From NCBI GenBank assembly GCA_963666275.2, contig CAXXOA010000003.1, forward strand, positions 256,001-320,000: 64,000 nucleotides of DNA, in the 5' to 3' direction. The translations under genes and the position numbers were made by a program. Of this stretch, positions 48,703 through 59,329 are shown piece after piece. How positions within the stretch are numbered: the stretch's first letter is position 1; each line of letters opens with the position of its first letter. The notes under the pieces were generated by a model. That model was not told the DNA's origin and ran no database searches. It saw nothing but the letters and a program-made list of their open reading frames with translations. The DNA comes from Oceanispirochaeta sp. (GTDB taxonomy: Bacteria; Spirochaetota; Spirochaetia; DSM-2461).

Positions 48703-49265
48703 CATGAGTTCAACATATCCTTCAAGGGGATTCTGTCTCCGCTGAAGGACTGTCCCTCGGGGGTTTTCAGAAACTCCCGGTTCAGCTTGCCCAGCAGCAG
48801 ATTCCACTCTTCCATGTTGATCACATCTTCGGGATCGAAGATATCTTCCATGGTCTCTTCGCTGACTTCCGTGAAATTCAGATCACACCAGCTGATCTGC
48901 CATTCCGGATCATCCGGTTTGATCCGTATGCCCGCATCGCTGTACTCCTCGGTCAGATAGAGTAGAGGCAGTCCGTGGGTCCGGCAGATCAGGGGACGGA
49001 AGGGATAGAGGGAACAGGCCCGGTCAATCAGGAGCGCACACCTTTCATCCGATTCGGCAGGCTGGAGGGCAGGATTCTCTTTCTGAAGCATCTGTCTCAG
49101 GGCATACCATTCCAGGGGAAGAAGGGTCAGATCGGTGCAGCATTCACTGCAGCCTTTCCGGCATTTCATATACTCGCTGTAATTTTCCGTCAGGCGCTGG
49201 GCCTCCTCGGAAACATCCTTCATCAGAGTCCGGTAGTCTGTGAGAATATCCTCAATTTCCCTCAT
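48702..49265 (-). CDS. YkgJ-family cysteine-cluster protein
   Basis: CRKGCSECC, C.LY..RP.ICR. Confidence 0.85.
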   Translation of the reverse strand: MREIEDILTDYRTLMKDVSEEAQRLTENYSEYMKCRKGCSECCTDLTLLPLEWYALRQMLQKENPALQPAESDERCALLIDRACSLYPFRPLICRTHGLPLLYLTEEYSDAGIRIKPDDPEWQISWCDLNFTEVSEETMEDIFDPEDVINMEEWNLLLGKLNREFLKTPEGQSFSGDRIPLKDMLNS

Positions 49266-49277
49266 CTGCTGTCCTTT

Positions 49278-51200
49278 TTACGACAGGCCAAACAGATTTT
49301 TCACAGCCTCAATATTCTCCGGGCTCTTCAATTCCGTTCCGTTTGATCCGTACATTGTTTCAATTTTTTCCTGATAGAAATCCCTGACCTTATGACGAAC
49401 AAGCTTCATGGTGGAATTTATAAGCTGATTCTTCTCGGAAAAGGGCTCTTCTATTATTGTAAATGTTGAAGGTACCCATTGGGAAGGAATTTTCGATTCT
49501 TTTCTGAAACTATAGAAAGAGTCCCCGATGAGAGACAGGGCCTCCGACGGGTCAGTGATCCCCCGGCTCTTCAGTTCTTTTCTGACTGCCTCCTCGTTAA
49601 GAGTCACAAGAGCCGTGGTGTAGCGGCGCTGCTCGTTGTACACCATAATCTGATTTATCAGGGGGGAGCTGTTGATCACCGCTTCTTCAATGGTTTCGGG
49701 GGAGTATTTTTCTCCGTCCGCCGAGATCAGAAGGGCTTTGGCCCTGCCTGTAATGACAAGAAACCCGTCGTCATCAAAATATCCCAGGTCTCCTGTCCAG
49801 AGCCATCCGTCTCTGAGAACCTCCGCACTGGCTTCGGGATTCCTGTAATATCCTTTCATCACATTGTCGCCTTTTATAACCAGTTCTCCCGGGACTCCCG
49901 GTTCGGCCGGGGTGCTCTCATTGTCCATAATCCGGCATTCGATAGAAGGCATGGTTATCCCGGAGGTTCCGAACTTATGCCGGGACGGGGTATTGGTACA
50001 GATAATGGGGGCTGCTTCGGTTAATCCGTATCCCTGATAGATCGGGCATCCTATGGCATTGAAAAACTCCTGCTGGCTTATCTCCAGAAGGGCACCGCCT
50101 CCCACGCAAAAGGCCAGTTCGCCGCCGAATATTTCTCTGACTTTGGGGAAAATTAGCTTTTCCGCCAGGAAGTAGGAAAATCCCCGGCGCAGCCTGACCG
50201 ATAGGGGGGCTTTCCGGAATCCGTCTCCGTGGATCTGAATGCCCGCTTCCACGCCTCTTGTAAATATCCCGTTGATCAGGGCGCCTTTGGCGGCAATGCC
50301 CGACTGGATTTTTTTCATGAAGTTACCCGAAAGGGCAGGGACTGTCAGCAGGAAGTAGGGTTTCACCTCTTTCAGATTCCCGGGAATATTCCTGAGCAGG
50401 GCCATGCCGCCGCCTCTGGCATCCACAAAGTACATGGCCAGTCCCAGACGGAGACTTATATAGATCCCTACGGTATGGGCAAAGGAGTGATCCAGGGGCA
50501 GGATGATGAGACTCCGGCATTTTTCGGGAATCGGGCAGGTATTGACCGCATCCAGGCTGTTGGCCCAGTAGTTCAGATGGGTCAGCATGATTCCTTTGGG
50601 GTTTCCAGTTGTCCCCGAGGTATAGCTTATGGTGACCGTGTCATCTTCCTTCACTTCGGAAAGGCGTTTTTCCAGTTCATCCTCCACGCTCAGAGAGGCC
50701 TGTTCCCCCTCTTTCAGGAAGTCATCGTAAAGGATGATATCCTCACCTGTTTTCAGTCCATATTCCTCCGCTCTGGAGCTCACATCTTTCAGATAGTCTC
50801 CCAGAACAATGATCAGGGGGCGGTTTTCCAGCTCTTTCAGCACCGCAAGCAGTTTATCCAGAGAGTATTCTGAAATCAGGATACCCCGGGCTCCGGAATG
50901 GTTCAGCCGGAAAGGAAGTTCCTCATCCAGAAGTTTGATCGACAGGGGTACCGAGATGCATCGGGCTTTCAGTATACCGAACTCTCCTGTTACCCAGTTT
51001 CTGCGCCCTTCCGACAGGATGGCTATTTTCTCTTCCGCCTGAAAACCTCTGGCGATAAGAGCTCTTGCAAAGGTAGCGGACTCTCTGTCCACCTGGGAAA
51101 AGCTTCTGGGGATCCAACCGCTTTCCTCTTTTTCGACAACATAGGGAGCATTTCCGTAGGTTTCGGATGCCTCTTGGAGCATATTCAATACTGTTCTCAT
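49278..51200 (-). CDS. Long-chain fatty acid-CoA ligase
   Basis: YTSGTTGNPKG, QGYGLTE, TGDLG. Confidence 0.9.
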   Translation of the reverse strand: MRTVLNMLQEASETYGNAPYVVEKEESGWIPRSFSQVDRESATFARALIARGFQAEEKIAILSEGRRNWVTGEFGILKARCISVPLSIKLLDEELPFRLNHSGARGILISEYSLDKLLAVLKELENRPLIIVLGDYLKDVSSRAEEYGLKTGEDIILYDDFLKEGEQASLSVEDELEKRLSEVKEDDTVTISYTSGTTGNPKGIMLTHLNYWANSLDAVNTCPIPEKCRSLIILPLDHSFAHTVGIYISLRLGLAMYFVDARGGGMALLRNIPGNLKEVKPYFLLTVPALSGNFMKKIQSGIAAKGALINGIFTRGVEAGIQIHGDGFRKAPLSVRLRRGFSYFLAEKLIFPKVREIFGGELAFCVGGGALLEISQQEFFNAIGCPIYQGYGLTEAAPIICTNTPSRHKFGTSGITMPSIECRIMDNESTPAEPGVPGELVIKGDNVMKGYYRNPEASAEVLRDGWLWTGDLGYFDDDGFLVITGRAKALLISADGEKYSPETIEEAVINSSPLINQIMVYNEQRRYTTALVTLNEEAVRKELKSRGITDPSEALSLIGDSFYSFRKESKIPSQWVPSTFTIIEEPFSEKNQLINSTMKLVRHKVRDFYQEKIETMYGSNGTELKSPENIEAVKNLFGLS

Positions 51201-51367
51201 TATGACCTCACAGGGGGGGATGAAATAATTTTAACAGAGCCGGGAATTTTGTCAAATTTATTGTTTTCTTATTAAAAAGGGCATTTTTTCATCTCTTTTA
51301 ACTGTGTCCTAACAAAAGAGTGCTTAGCTGTTCAGGGAACTATTTTTAATTATAAAGGTAAAAAGAA

Positions 51368-53146
51368 ATGAAAATCCGGACTCAGTCTTTACTGCTTCTG
51401 TTTCTGGGGATGGCCGGGATTGTTTTCGCCGGTTATCTGACACGGCATCAGCTGGCTCTGAACAACCGTATAACCGCAGAAATGCAGACCCACCAGAGAG
51501 GCCTTGTCATCCTGAATGATTTTCAGGTGTCCGCCAACAACCAGGTCCTGTACGGCGTAGACCTGATCCGGACCGGAGATATCTCAGGGGAGAGGATCGT
51601 GCCCTACAGGATGACCGAAACCCGGTTTAACAGGGAAATTGAAAATCTGAACTCCCTGAAAGGCCTTGATCCGGAACTGGATCCTCTGATTGATTCTCTG
51701 GCAGTCAAGGCCGGAAACCTGGCCAGGCTGTGCAAGGAGGATATGATGGATCCCCTCTATTCCCATCAGCCCCTGCGGGAGGGGATCATCGAACAGCTCA
51801 TTTACGGGGAACTCGACGGGATCGTCCAGTCATCCAATGAAATCCGCTCCCGCCTTTCGGATTCTGTCAAAAGGGATCTTCATGAGCAGTCTGTAAAGAG
51901 AGAAAGGTTTCTGTACCGTTTCCTTCCCTCCGTAGGGGCCGGTCTTCTGTTTCTCTACCTCTGTCTCTATTTTATTATCCACCGGAGCATCAGTCATATA
52001 AACAGAACCAGAGGGTATCTGGGAGTCCTGGCCAGGGGGCAGGGCCGTCTGGATGTGTCCCTTCCTGCAAAAGGCAGGGATGAAATATCCGCACTTCAGA
52101 AGAATTTCAACTCCTTCATGGGAAATTTGAAATCCCGCCATGAGGCTCTGTCCGGTATCGCGGAGCGGCAGCTCGCCTCGGGGGAGACACTCAGCCGGGT
52201 GAGCCTTGAATACGCCGGAACGGCCGGCCAGATCTCCCGCAGTCTTAGTGCTGTAGACGCTCAGACAGGCGAGATCAATGAGAAAGTGAAGTCTTCGGCC
52301 CGGGAGGCGGCCCTTATTGCCGGAACCCTGGACTCTCTGGAACAGCTGTCCCGTCAGCAGGTTTCCAGGGTCACAGGGATGGCTTCCCGGGGGCAGAATG
52401 TATATGACTCCCTTTCCGCTCAGCAGGCTGCCATTGAGAAGCAGGTGGAACTGACCGGTCTGGTCAGAATCGAGGGAGAGAACAACCGGAAGATCCTGGA
52501 ACTTCTGAAGGAGCAGATCGGCAATATTCTGGAACAGTCCGAAGAGATCTCCGGCGCCATCAGGTCCATTGAAGACCTGGCAGGTCAGACGGATGTTCTG
52601 GCAATCAATGCTTCCATAGAAGCCGCTCATGCGGGTGCCTACGGCAGGGGTTTTGCTGTGGTCGCCGGAGAAATGCGGCGGCTTTCCCATAAAGTCAGGG
52701 ACAATTCGGGCCTTGTGACGGAGCTGCTGGATTCATTAAACAGGAAACTCCTTATGATGGCGGAAGAGGAGCAGCAGAACCGGGAGTCCATTTCCCGGCT
52801 GATCCGGCAGAACAGTGATGCCGAAGAGGTCATTCAAAGCCTGGAGAGTTCCATGAAGGGGATTCAGGATGTGATTCAGGATTTCTTTCATACCCTGGAG
52901 GAGGTCCGTACCGGTTCTGCCGCTGTGCACGGGGAGACGGAACGGGTCCGATCAAGCGGAGCACAGATTTCTGAGCATATGGAGCAGCTCAACATCGCTT
53001 ACAGGCAGATGTCCAGGGAGTGGGATGAAATCTCTCTGGGAATCAGGCAGCTCTCAGCGGCTTCGGAGACTCTGAAAGGTCTGAGCAGCGGCAACAGAGA
53101 GTCTGCGGAAACTCTCAACGAGGAAATCCGAAAACTGGGATCCTGA
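51368..53146 (+). CDS. Methyl-accepting chemotaxis protein
   Basis: 2 TM, HAMP, QTDVLAINASIEAAHAG.YGRGFAVVA.E. Confidence 0.92.
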   Translation: MKIRTQSLLLLFLGMAGIVFAGYLTRHQLALNNRITAEMQTHQRGLVILNDFQVSANNQVLYGVDLIRTGDISGERIVPYRMTETRFNREIENLNSLKGLDPELDPLIDSLAVKAGNLARLCKEDMMDPLYSHQPLREGIIEQLIYGELDGIVQSSNEIRSRLSDSVKRDLHEQSVKRERFLYRFLPSVGAGLLFLYLCLYFIIHRSISHINRTRGYLGVLARGQGRLDVSLPAKGRDEISALQKNFNSFMGNLKSRHEALSGIAERQLASGETLSRVSLEYAGTAGQISRSLSAVDAQTGEINEKVKSSAREAALIAGTLDSLEQLSRQQVSRVTGMASRGQNVYDSLSAQQAAIEKQVELTGLVRIEGENNRKILELLKEQIGNILEQSEEISGAIRSIEDLAGQTDVLAINASIEAAHAGAYGRGFAVVAGEMRRLSHKVRDNSGLVTELLDSLNRKLLMMAEEEQQNRESISRLIRQNSDAEEVIQSLESSMKGIQDVIQDFFHTLEEVRTGSAAVHGETERVRSSGAQISEHMEQLNIAYRQMSREWDEISLGIRQLSAASETLKGLSSGNRESAETLNEEIRKLGS

Positions 53147-53267
53147 TCCTCTGTGGTTTTCCTCCCGGAGAGAGATTTGGAAAAAACTCAAATAATACTG
53201 AAATACTCATAATATGGTGTAAGCTATATATAGAAAATACTTCAGCAGACCGCTGAGGGAGGAACAA

Positions 53268-54203
53268 ATGAATAGGAAAAAAACAATTATTAGAAATGGT
53301 TTTCTCCTGTTTGTCCTTCTTGCCTTTTTTACTTCCTGTGATGGATTAACAGGGTCGAATGATGACGATGTCACTGATGGAATGGGCGGTGTGGAACTGG
53401 CCATACAGGGGACTCTGCCCGATGGCGCTTCTCCGGGAAGAGCCGCTGTGGACTCGGTTGCCCTCACTGTAACAGATTCTGCCGGTGCTTCACTGGGGAC
53501 TCTGACTCTCACGGACGCCCGTCTTAACATCTATCAGATTGAACTGGAACAGGATTCTGACGAAATTGATTCGGAAGAGGAACAGGAACAGGAGCTGGAA
53601 GTCGAATACACCGGTCCCTTTATTATTGATATTCTGGCAGACACAGTGACTCCTGAGCTTCCCTACATTGAACTTTTGCCGGGAGTGTATGATGAAATCA
53701 AAATGAAACTGGCCAGGACGGAAACGGGGGACATTGCGGTGAGCGATCCCCTCTACGGCAACAGCATCTATCTGGCCGGATCCTATACCGGTACAGTTTC
53801 TACAGGATCGGTAACGAATGTACCTGTATATATCTCCATTGACACCGATGAGGAGTTTGAGCTGACCGGAGCGGGAGACACAAGCGAGGGGTTTATCATC
53901 GACGAAGGGGAAGTGAATGATATTATTATAGAAACCAGAATGGTCAAATGGTTCGCTTTCAATAACTCCGAGACCAATGAGAATGCCCTGGATTTTGGTG
54001 ATCTGACCCTGACTTCAGACGGATCGGGAGGCTATCAGCTGGTACTGAATTCCTCACAGACCGGAAACAATGCGGGTATTTATGAAGTGATCATCGATAA
54101 TATAGAGGAATCCGCTGATTATGGCGAAGACGATGACGGCAGCGGTCATCTTGAGTCCGATGAGGATGATGATCCCGATTCGGAAGATGCGAACGATTCC
54201 TGA
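53268..54203 (+). CDS. Acidic lipoprotein, unknown function (DUF4382-like)
   Basis: Lipobox FTSC; beta-rich; Asp-rich tail. Confidence 0.7.
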   Translation: MNRKKTIIRNGFLLFVLLAFFTSCDGLTGSNDDDVTDGMGGVELAIQGTLPDGASPGRAAVDSVALTVTDSAGASLGTLTLTDARLNIYQIELEQDSDEIDSEEEQEQELEVEYTGPFIIDILADTVTPELPYIELLPGVYDEIKMKLARTETGDIAVSDPLYGNSIYLAGSYTGTVSTGSVTNVPVYISIDTDEEFELTGAGDTSEGFIIDEGEVNDIIIETRMVKWFAFNNSETNENALDFGDLTLTSDGSGGYQLVLNSSQTGNNAGIYEVIIDNIEESADYGEDDDGSGHLESDEDDDPDSEDANDS

Positions 54204-54228
54204 GTTTATCCTTTTACCATGAAACAAG

Positions 54229-54261
54229 AACCGGTTTTCTCCAGGGGGAACCGGTTTTTTT
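54229..54261 (+). terminator. Intrinsic terminator
   Basis: aaccggttttct/ggggaaccggtt stem plus T-run. Confidence 0.7.
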
Positions 54262-54404
54262 ATGTCCTCCCGCCGATGGTGTTTCCAGGAAAATCCTGAT
54301 CCCGGGATCAGGTCTCTCCTCCGGAACTTTTCTCTTGCAATAAAAAGTAATGTGAAATATAATCGAAGGTAAATTGAAAGCTAAAAGATAGTAAAAGGTA
54401 AGCT

Positions 54405-55550
54405 GTGAAAAAGAAAAAGCTTATCTTTCAGGAGAAGATTGTGAATAAATTGTCTTATATCGGTGCTTATCTCAGGGGAATGACCTTTGATGGAGATAAG
54501 GGACAGATCGTCAGTTACAGCAAAGAAGTACCGGCCGGTGTCACGGCGGTAACTCTTCCGGCTCTTCCTGATGCTCCGGAAGAGATCGGCGCTGTTATAG
54601 AAAAGACTATAGACAGGGAGAATCTTCCCATGGCCGTATCCCTTTCCGAGGGGGGCGCTTTTACCATCGCCCTCAGTTATGATGCTGCCCGGGGAATCGG
54701 ATCCGAACCCTTTCAGGGAGGAAATCCCATTGTCAGGGACAAGATTGCTCTGGTAACAGGAGGAGCTCAGGGATTCGGAGAAGGTATGGTCCGTCAGCTT
54801 GTTGAAGCGGGAGCCTATGCCTATATTGCGGATATGAATGTTGAGGGCGCTGAAAAACTGGCTGCCGAACTGAACGCAAAAGCCGGTTCTACAAGAGCCT
54901 TCGCCCTGAAGGTGAATGTCACAGACGAAGCCTCTGTCGAGGCCATGATGGACAGTGTGGCTCTCACAACCGGGGGGCTTGATGTGTTTATCAGCAATGC
55001 GGGAGTTCTCAAAGCGGGAAGCGTCAAAGAGATGGCTCTCAGGGATTTTCAGTTTGTTACGGATGTGGATTATACAGGATATTTCATCTGTACAAAATTT
55101 GCGGCAAAACTGCTGGAAGTTCAGAATCTTCCTTCGGGAAAATACTATACTGATATTATAGGCATCAGCTCCAAGTCCGGACTGGAGGGATCCAATAAAA
55201 ACGGCGCCTATGCGGGAGCCAAATTCGGCAGTATCGGTCTGACCCAGAGTTTTGCTCTGGAGCTTGTGACCGACAATATTAAAGTAAATGCCATCTGCCC
55301 CGGAAACTTTCTGGACGGACCTCTGTGGTCGGATCCCGACAGGGGGCTGTTTGTCCAGTATCTGAATGCCGGCAAGGTTCCGGGAGCCAAAACCGTTGCC
55401 GATGTGAGGGCTTTCTATGAGTCCAAAGTCCCCATGGGTAGGGGCTGCCGGACCGAAGATGTTGTAAAGGCTATTTTCTACATTGTGGATCAGAAATATG
55501 AAACAGGCCAGGCGGTTCCGGTGACGGGCGGCCAGGTCATGCTGAACTAG
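54405..55550 (+). CDS. SDR oxidoreductase (sorbitol-6-phosphate dehydrogenase-like) with an N-terminal extension of about 110 aa
   Basis: VTGGAQGFG, SNAG, YAGAKFG, CPGN, TGQ..PVTGGQVM. Confidence 0.85.
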   Translation: MKKKKLIFQEKIVNKLSYIGAYLRGMTFDGDKGQIVSYSKEVPAGVTAVTLPALPDAPEEIGAVIEKTIDRENLPMAVSLSEGGAFTIALSYDAARGIGSEPFQGGNPIVRDKIALVTGGAQGFGEGMVRQLVEAGAYAYIADMNVEGAEKLAAELNAKAGSTRAFALKVNVTDEASVEAMMDSVALTTGGLDVFISNAGVLKAGSVKEMALRDFQFVTDVDYTGYFICTKFAAKLLEVQNLPSGKYYTDIIGISSKSGLEGSNKNGAYAGAKFGSIGLTQSFALELVTDNIKVNAICPGNFLDGPLWSDPDRGLFVQYLNAGKVPGAKTVADVRAFYESKVPMGRGCRTEDVVKAIFYIVDQKYETGQAVPVTGGQVMLN

Positions 55551-55553
55551 GGC

Positions 55554-55653
55554 GTTGGAAATCTCGGGGCATCTGCTGCGTTGCCGTCCTGTTTGCGTAC
55601 ATTTCGTACGCGGCACAGTCCGGCGCCTAGCATCTGCTCCCGATATTTCCAAC
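55554..55653. repeat. Long intergenic palindrome (REP/BoxC-like element)
   Basis: gttggaaat..gcgtac-attt-cgtacgc..atttccaac nested inverted repeat, 100 bp. Confidence 0.6.
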
Positions 55654-55744
55654 TTGGTTTTACAGGGTTGGAAATTCTGAGGCGATTGCGGCCTTGCACT
55701 CATACTCAATATTTTTGACTTGGATATTTTAAGAGGAGATAAAT

Positions 55745-57007
55745 ATGAAAACAAAAGCGGTAAGATTATACGGAAAGAAAGATTTAAGGCTGGAAGAGTT
55801 TGAACTTCCTGAAATGAAGGACGATGAGATCCTGGCCACTGTTATTTCAGACAGTATCTGTATGTCATCCTATAAGGCGTCCTCCCAGGGGGCGGATCAT
55901 AAGAGAGTTCCCGATGATGTGGCGGAAAATCCGATCATCATCGGTCACGAGTTCTGTGGTGAAATCCTGAAAGTCGGATCCAAATGGGCCGGTCAGTTCA
56001 AGGCGGGGCAGAAATTTTCCATTCAGCCCGCTCTGAACTACAAAGGGTCTCTGGATGCTCCGGGGTACTCTTTTCAGTATATCGGCGGCGACGCCACCAA
56101 TATCATTATCCCCAATGAGGTCATGGAAATGGGATGCCTCCTTCCCTACGAAGGGGATGCCTATTTCATGGGATCCCTCAGCGAACCTGTTTCCTGTATT
56201 GTAGGAACCTATCACGCCATGTACCACATTCCCCAGGGAACCTATATTCACAATATGGGCATCCGGGAAGGCGGGAAGCTGGCTATTATTGCCGGTGTAG
56301 GTCCCATGGGACTGGGAGCTATCGACTATGCGATTCATAATCCTGTGAAACCCTCCCTCCTTGTGGTTACCGATATCGATGATGCCCGTCTTGAAAGAGC
56401 GGCTTCCATCTACTCTGTAGAGGAAGCGGCAAAGAACGGTGTGAAACTGATCTATAAAAATACAAAAGACAGCAAAGACCCCGTGGCCGATCTGATTGAG
56501 CTTTCCGGCGGTGACGGATACGATGATGTCCTGGTTATGGCTCCTGTAAGGCCTCTGGTGGAACAGGGCGATGCGATCCTGACAAAAGACGGCTGTCTGA
56601 ACTTTTTCGCCGGTCCTTCCGATACGGAATTCAAGGCGGAAATGAACTTCTACAACGTTCACTACGCGTTCCATCACATTGTGGGAACCAGCGGCGGTAA
56701 TACAGACGATATGAAAGAGTCGCTTGTTATGATGGGAGAAGGAAAACTCAATCCTTCCGCCATGATCACCCATATCGGCGGTCTGAACGCTGTTGTGGAA
56801 ACCACTCTGAATCTCCCCCATATCCCGGGAGGAAAGAAACTGATTTACAACCACAAAAAAATGGAACTCACTGCCATTGCTGATTTTGAAGAGCTGGGTA
56901 AAAAAGACCCCTTCTTTGCCGAGCTGGACAAACTCGTGAAAAAGCATAACGGCCTGTGGAATGTGGAAGCCGAAAAATACGTTCTGGAGAATGCAGAGAG
57001 CATCTGA
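55745..57007 (+). CDS. L-sorbose-1-phosphate reductase-like Zn-binding dehydrogenase
   Basis: SDSICMS.YK, GHE, EP.SC, GPMGLG, GTSGG. Confidence 0.85.
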   Translation: MKTKAVRLYGKKDLRLEEFELPEMKDDEILATVISDSICMSSYKASSQGADHKRVPDDVAENPIIIGHEFCGEILKVGSKWAGQFKAGQKFSIQPALNYKGSLDAPGYSFQYIGGDATNIIIPNEVMEMGCLLPYEGDAYFMGSLSEPVSCIVGTYHAMYHIPQGTYIHNMGIREGGKLAIIAGVGPMGLGAIDYAIHNPVKPSLLVVTDIDDARLERAASIYSVEEAAKNGVKLIYKNTKDSKDPVADLIELSGGDGYDDVLVMAPVRPLVEQGDAILTKDGCLNFFAGPSDTEFKAEMNFYNVHYAFHHIVGTSGGNTDDMKESLVMMGEGKLNPSAMITHIGGLNAVVETTLNLPHIPGGKKLIYNHKKMELTAIADFEELGKKDPFFAELDKLVKKHNGLWNVEAEKYVLENAESI

Positions 57008-57021
57008 CCCTCTCTAACAAT

Positions 57022-57072
57022 ATCCCCCTCTCCCTTTCGGTCCCTGAGCGTAGCCGAACGGGGGAGAGGGGA
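57022..57072. repeat. REP-like hairpin (CCCTGAGCGTAGCCGAA core)
   Basis: atccccctctccctttcgg...ccgaacgggggagaggggat. Confidence 0.55.
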
Positions 57073-57127
57073 TTAAGGAGTGAGGGGCAGGTATGCCATT
57101 TTTAAAAAAGGAAGGAGTCTTGGAATC

Positions 57128-58549
57128 ATGAAAAAATACATTGCTGTAGATCTGGGAGCATCAAACGGACGGGTCATAGTAGGAAATCCTGAAAAATTTG
57201 AAGTAACAAACCGGTTTCCCACATGGAATATCCGTCTGGGAAACAGTGTTTTCTGGGATATCCTTGCTATTTTCAATGAGATAAAAAAGGGTATCAAAGA
57301 GGCCTGCCGTCTCTATCCTGATGATGTGGTCAGTATCGGAATCGATACCTGGGGTGTGGATTACGGTCTCCTGGATAAAAACGGTGATCTCATAGGAAAT
57401 CCCTACATGTACAGGGACAGCCGGACCGATACGGCCCGGGAAGAGGTTTACAATGTTGTTTCCCAGAAAGAGCTGTATGACAGGACGGGGATTCAGTTTG
57501 CCCAGTTCAACACCATTTATCAGCTCTGGGCCATGAAACGGGATTCTCCCGAACTCCTGGCGGCGGCGGAACACTACCTTTCCATTCCGGACCTTCTGAA
57601 CTACTGGCTCACCGGTGTGATGAAAAATGAATTCTCTCATGCCTCTACAACCCAGCTGATGGATGCAAGATCCGGAAAATGGGATACAGAGCTGATGGAT
57701 AAACTGGGACTTCCCGGGAAAATCTTCGAAGAGATTGTTCCTTCCGGTACAGTGATCGGCCCTCTGGCTCCCCATATAGCCGAGGAGCTGGGCGCGCCCT
57801 CTTCTCTGAAAGTGGTTGCTGTAGGGGCCCACGATACGGCTTCGGCTGTGGCGGCCGTTCCGGTGGAGAAGGGACAGGAGAACCTGTTCCTCAGTTCCGG
57901 AACCTGGTCTCTCCTGGGAGTGGAGTCGGAAACTCCTGTGATCAACGAAAAATCCTTCAGCTACGACCTGACCAATGAAGGCTCTGTGACCGGTCAGATC
58001 CGTCTGCTGAAAAATATCATGGGGATGTGGATCCTGCAGGAATCCAAACGCTACTGGGATGAGAATGTGAAAAAGTACAGCTATGATGAACTCTCCGATA
58101 TGGCCCGGGATTTCGGACCTGTGGAATGGCATCTGGATCCCAATGACAATCTCTTTTTCGCCCCCTCGTCCATCGACGATCCCATGCCCGAAAGGATCAA
58201 GAAGTTCTGTGTGAAGAACGGCTGGAAAGAGCCTTCCTCCATAGGGGAAATTGTCCGGGGAATCTTCCAGGGCCTGGCGGAAACCTACACAAAGACAATC
58301 AATGCTCTGGAAGATCTGACAGGGAAAAAGTACAATGAGCTCTTTATTGTAGGCGGCGGCTGTCAGGAGGTTCTGCTCTGCGAACTGACGGCGGAAATAT
58401 CCGGAAGGAAAGTCTATGCGGGACCGATCGAAGCGACCGCACTGGGGAATATCCTGGTGCAGGGACTGGCTTCGGGAGAGATCTCTTCTATAGAAGAGGG
58501 AAGGCTGCTGCTTAAAAAAACACAGAATATCAAAGTATATTCTGCCTAA
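57128..58549 (+). CDS. Rhamnulokinase-family sugar kinase
   Basis: DLGASNGR, DTWGVDY, YRD.RT, HDTASAV, SSGTWSL, LKNIMG.W. Confidence 0.9.
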   Translation: MKKYIAVDLGASNGRVIVGNPEKFEVTNRFPTWNIRLGNSVFWDILAIFNEIKKGIKEACRLYPDDVVSIGIDTWGVDYGLLDKNGDLIGNPYMYRDSRTDTAREEVYNVVSQKELYDRTGIQFAQFNTIYQLWAMKRDSPELLAAAEHYLSIPDLLNYWLTGVMKNEFSHASTTQLMDARSGKWDTELMDKLGLPGKIFEEIVPSGTVIGPLAPHIAEELGAPSSLKVVAVGAHDTASAVAAVPVEKGQENLFLSSGTWSLLGVESETPVINEKSFSYDLTNEGSVTGQIRLLKNIMGMWILQESKRYWDENVKKYSYDELSDMARDFGPVEWHLDPNDNLFFAPSSIDDPMPERIKKFCVKNGWKEPSSIGEIVRGIFQGLAETYTKTINALEDLTGKKYNELFIVGGGCQEVLLCELTAEISGRKVYAGPIEATALGNILVQGLASGEISSIEEGRLLLKKTQNIKVYSA

Positions 58550-58566
58550 TAGTTCAGGAGCTTGAT

Positions 58567-59232
58567 TTGAGTCAGTTAAAAGGCGTCCTTTTTGATATGG
58601 ACGGTGTACTGGCCGATTCGGAGGAATTCATCTGCGAAGCGGCCATGAAAATGTTTGAAGAGCTGGGGCTTGCCGTAAAGGCGGAGGATTTTCTTCCCTT
58701 TGTGGGAGCCGGAGAAAACAGGTATCTCGGCGGTGTTGCCGAAAAATACGGTTTTGATCTGGATAAAGCCATCGGCGGGATTGATCCTGCTAAAGCCAGG
58801 ACCTATGCGATTTACGGTCAGATTATAAAGGGAAGGCTCAAGGAGATTTCCGGGGCGGCGGCCTTTGTCCGGTCCTGCCGGGAAAAAGGGCTCAAAACCG
58901 CCCTTGCCACCAGTGCGGACAGGGATAAAATGACCTACACCCTGGATGAGATAGGACTTCCCCTGAGCGTCTTTGATGCGGCGGTGAACGGCCTGGATGT
59001 GGAGAGGAAAAAGCCTTTTCCCGATATCTATCTGAAAGCGGCGGAACTGATAGGGATTCCGCCGGAAAACTGCCTTGTAGTGGAAGATGCGGTCAACGGA
59101 GTGGAGGCGGCAAAAGCCGCAGGATGCCGCTGCATCGGGATTACAAGCAGTTTTACAGAAAAAGAGCTGGAACAGGCCGACTGGTTCAGCAGCTGCCTGG
59201 CAGAGGTTCCCCCGGAAGCTCTTCTATGGTAG
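58567..59232 (+). CDS. HAD-superfamily phosphatase
   Basis: FDMDGVL, KPFPDIY, VEDA..G..AA. Confidence 0.9.
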   Translation: MSQLKGVLFDMDGVLADSEEFICEAAMKMFEELGLAVKAEDFLPFVGAGENRYLGGVAEKYGFDLDKAIGGIDPAKARTYAIYGQIIKGRLKEISGAAAFVRSCREKGLKTALATSADRDKMTYTLDEIGLPLSVFDAAVNGLDVERKKPFPDIYLKAAELIGIPPENCLVVEDAVNGVEAAKAAGCRCIGITSSFTEKELEQADWFSSCLAEVPPEALLW

Positions 59233-59329
59233 GATAGCCTAAACTGTATCAATCAAAGGATTTGATCTCTCTGCAAGAGCGGATCCGACACATAAAACCA
59301 ATTAACCTATCTAAGTGAGGAACACACAG

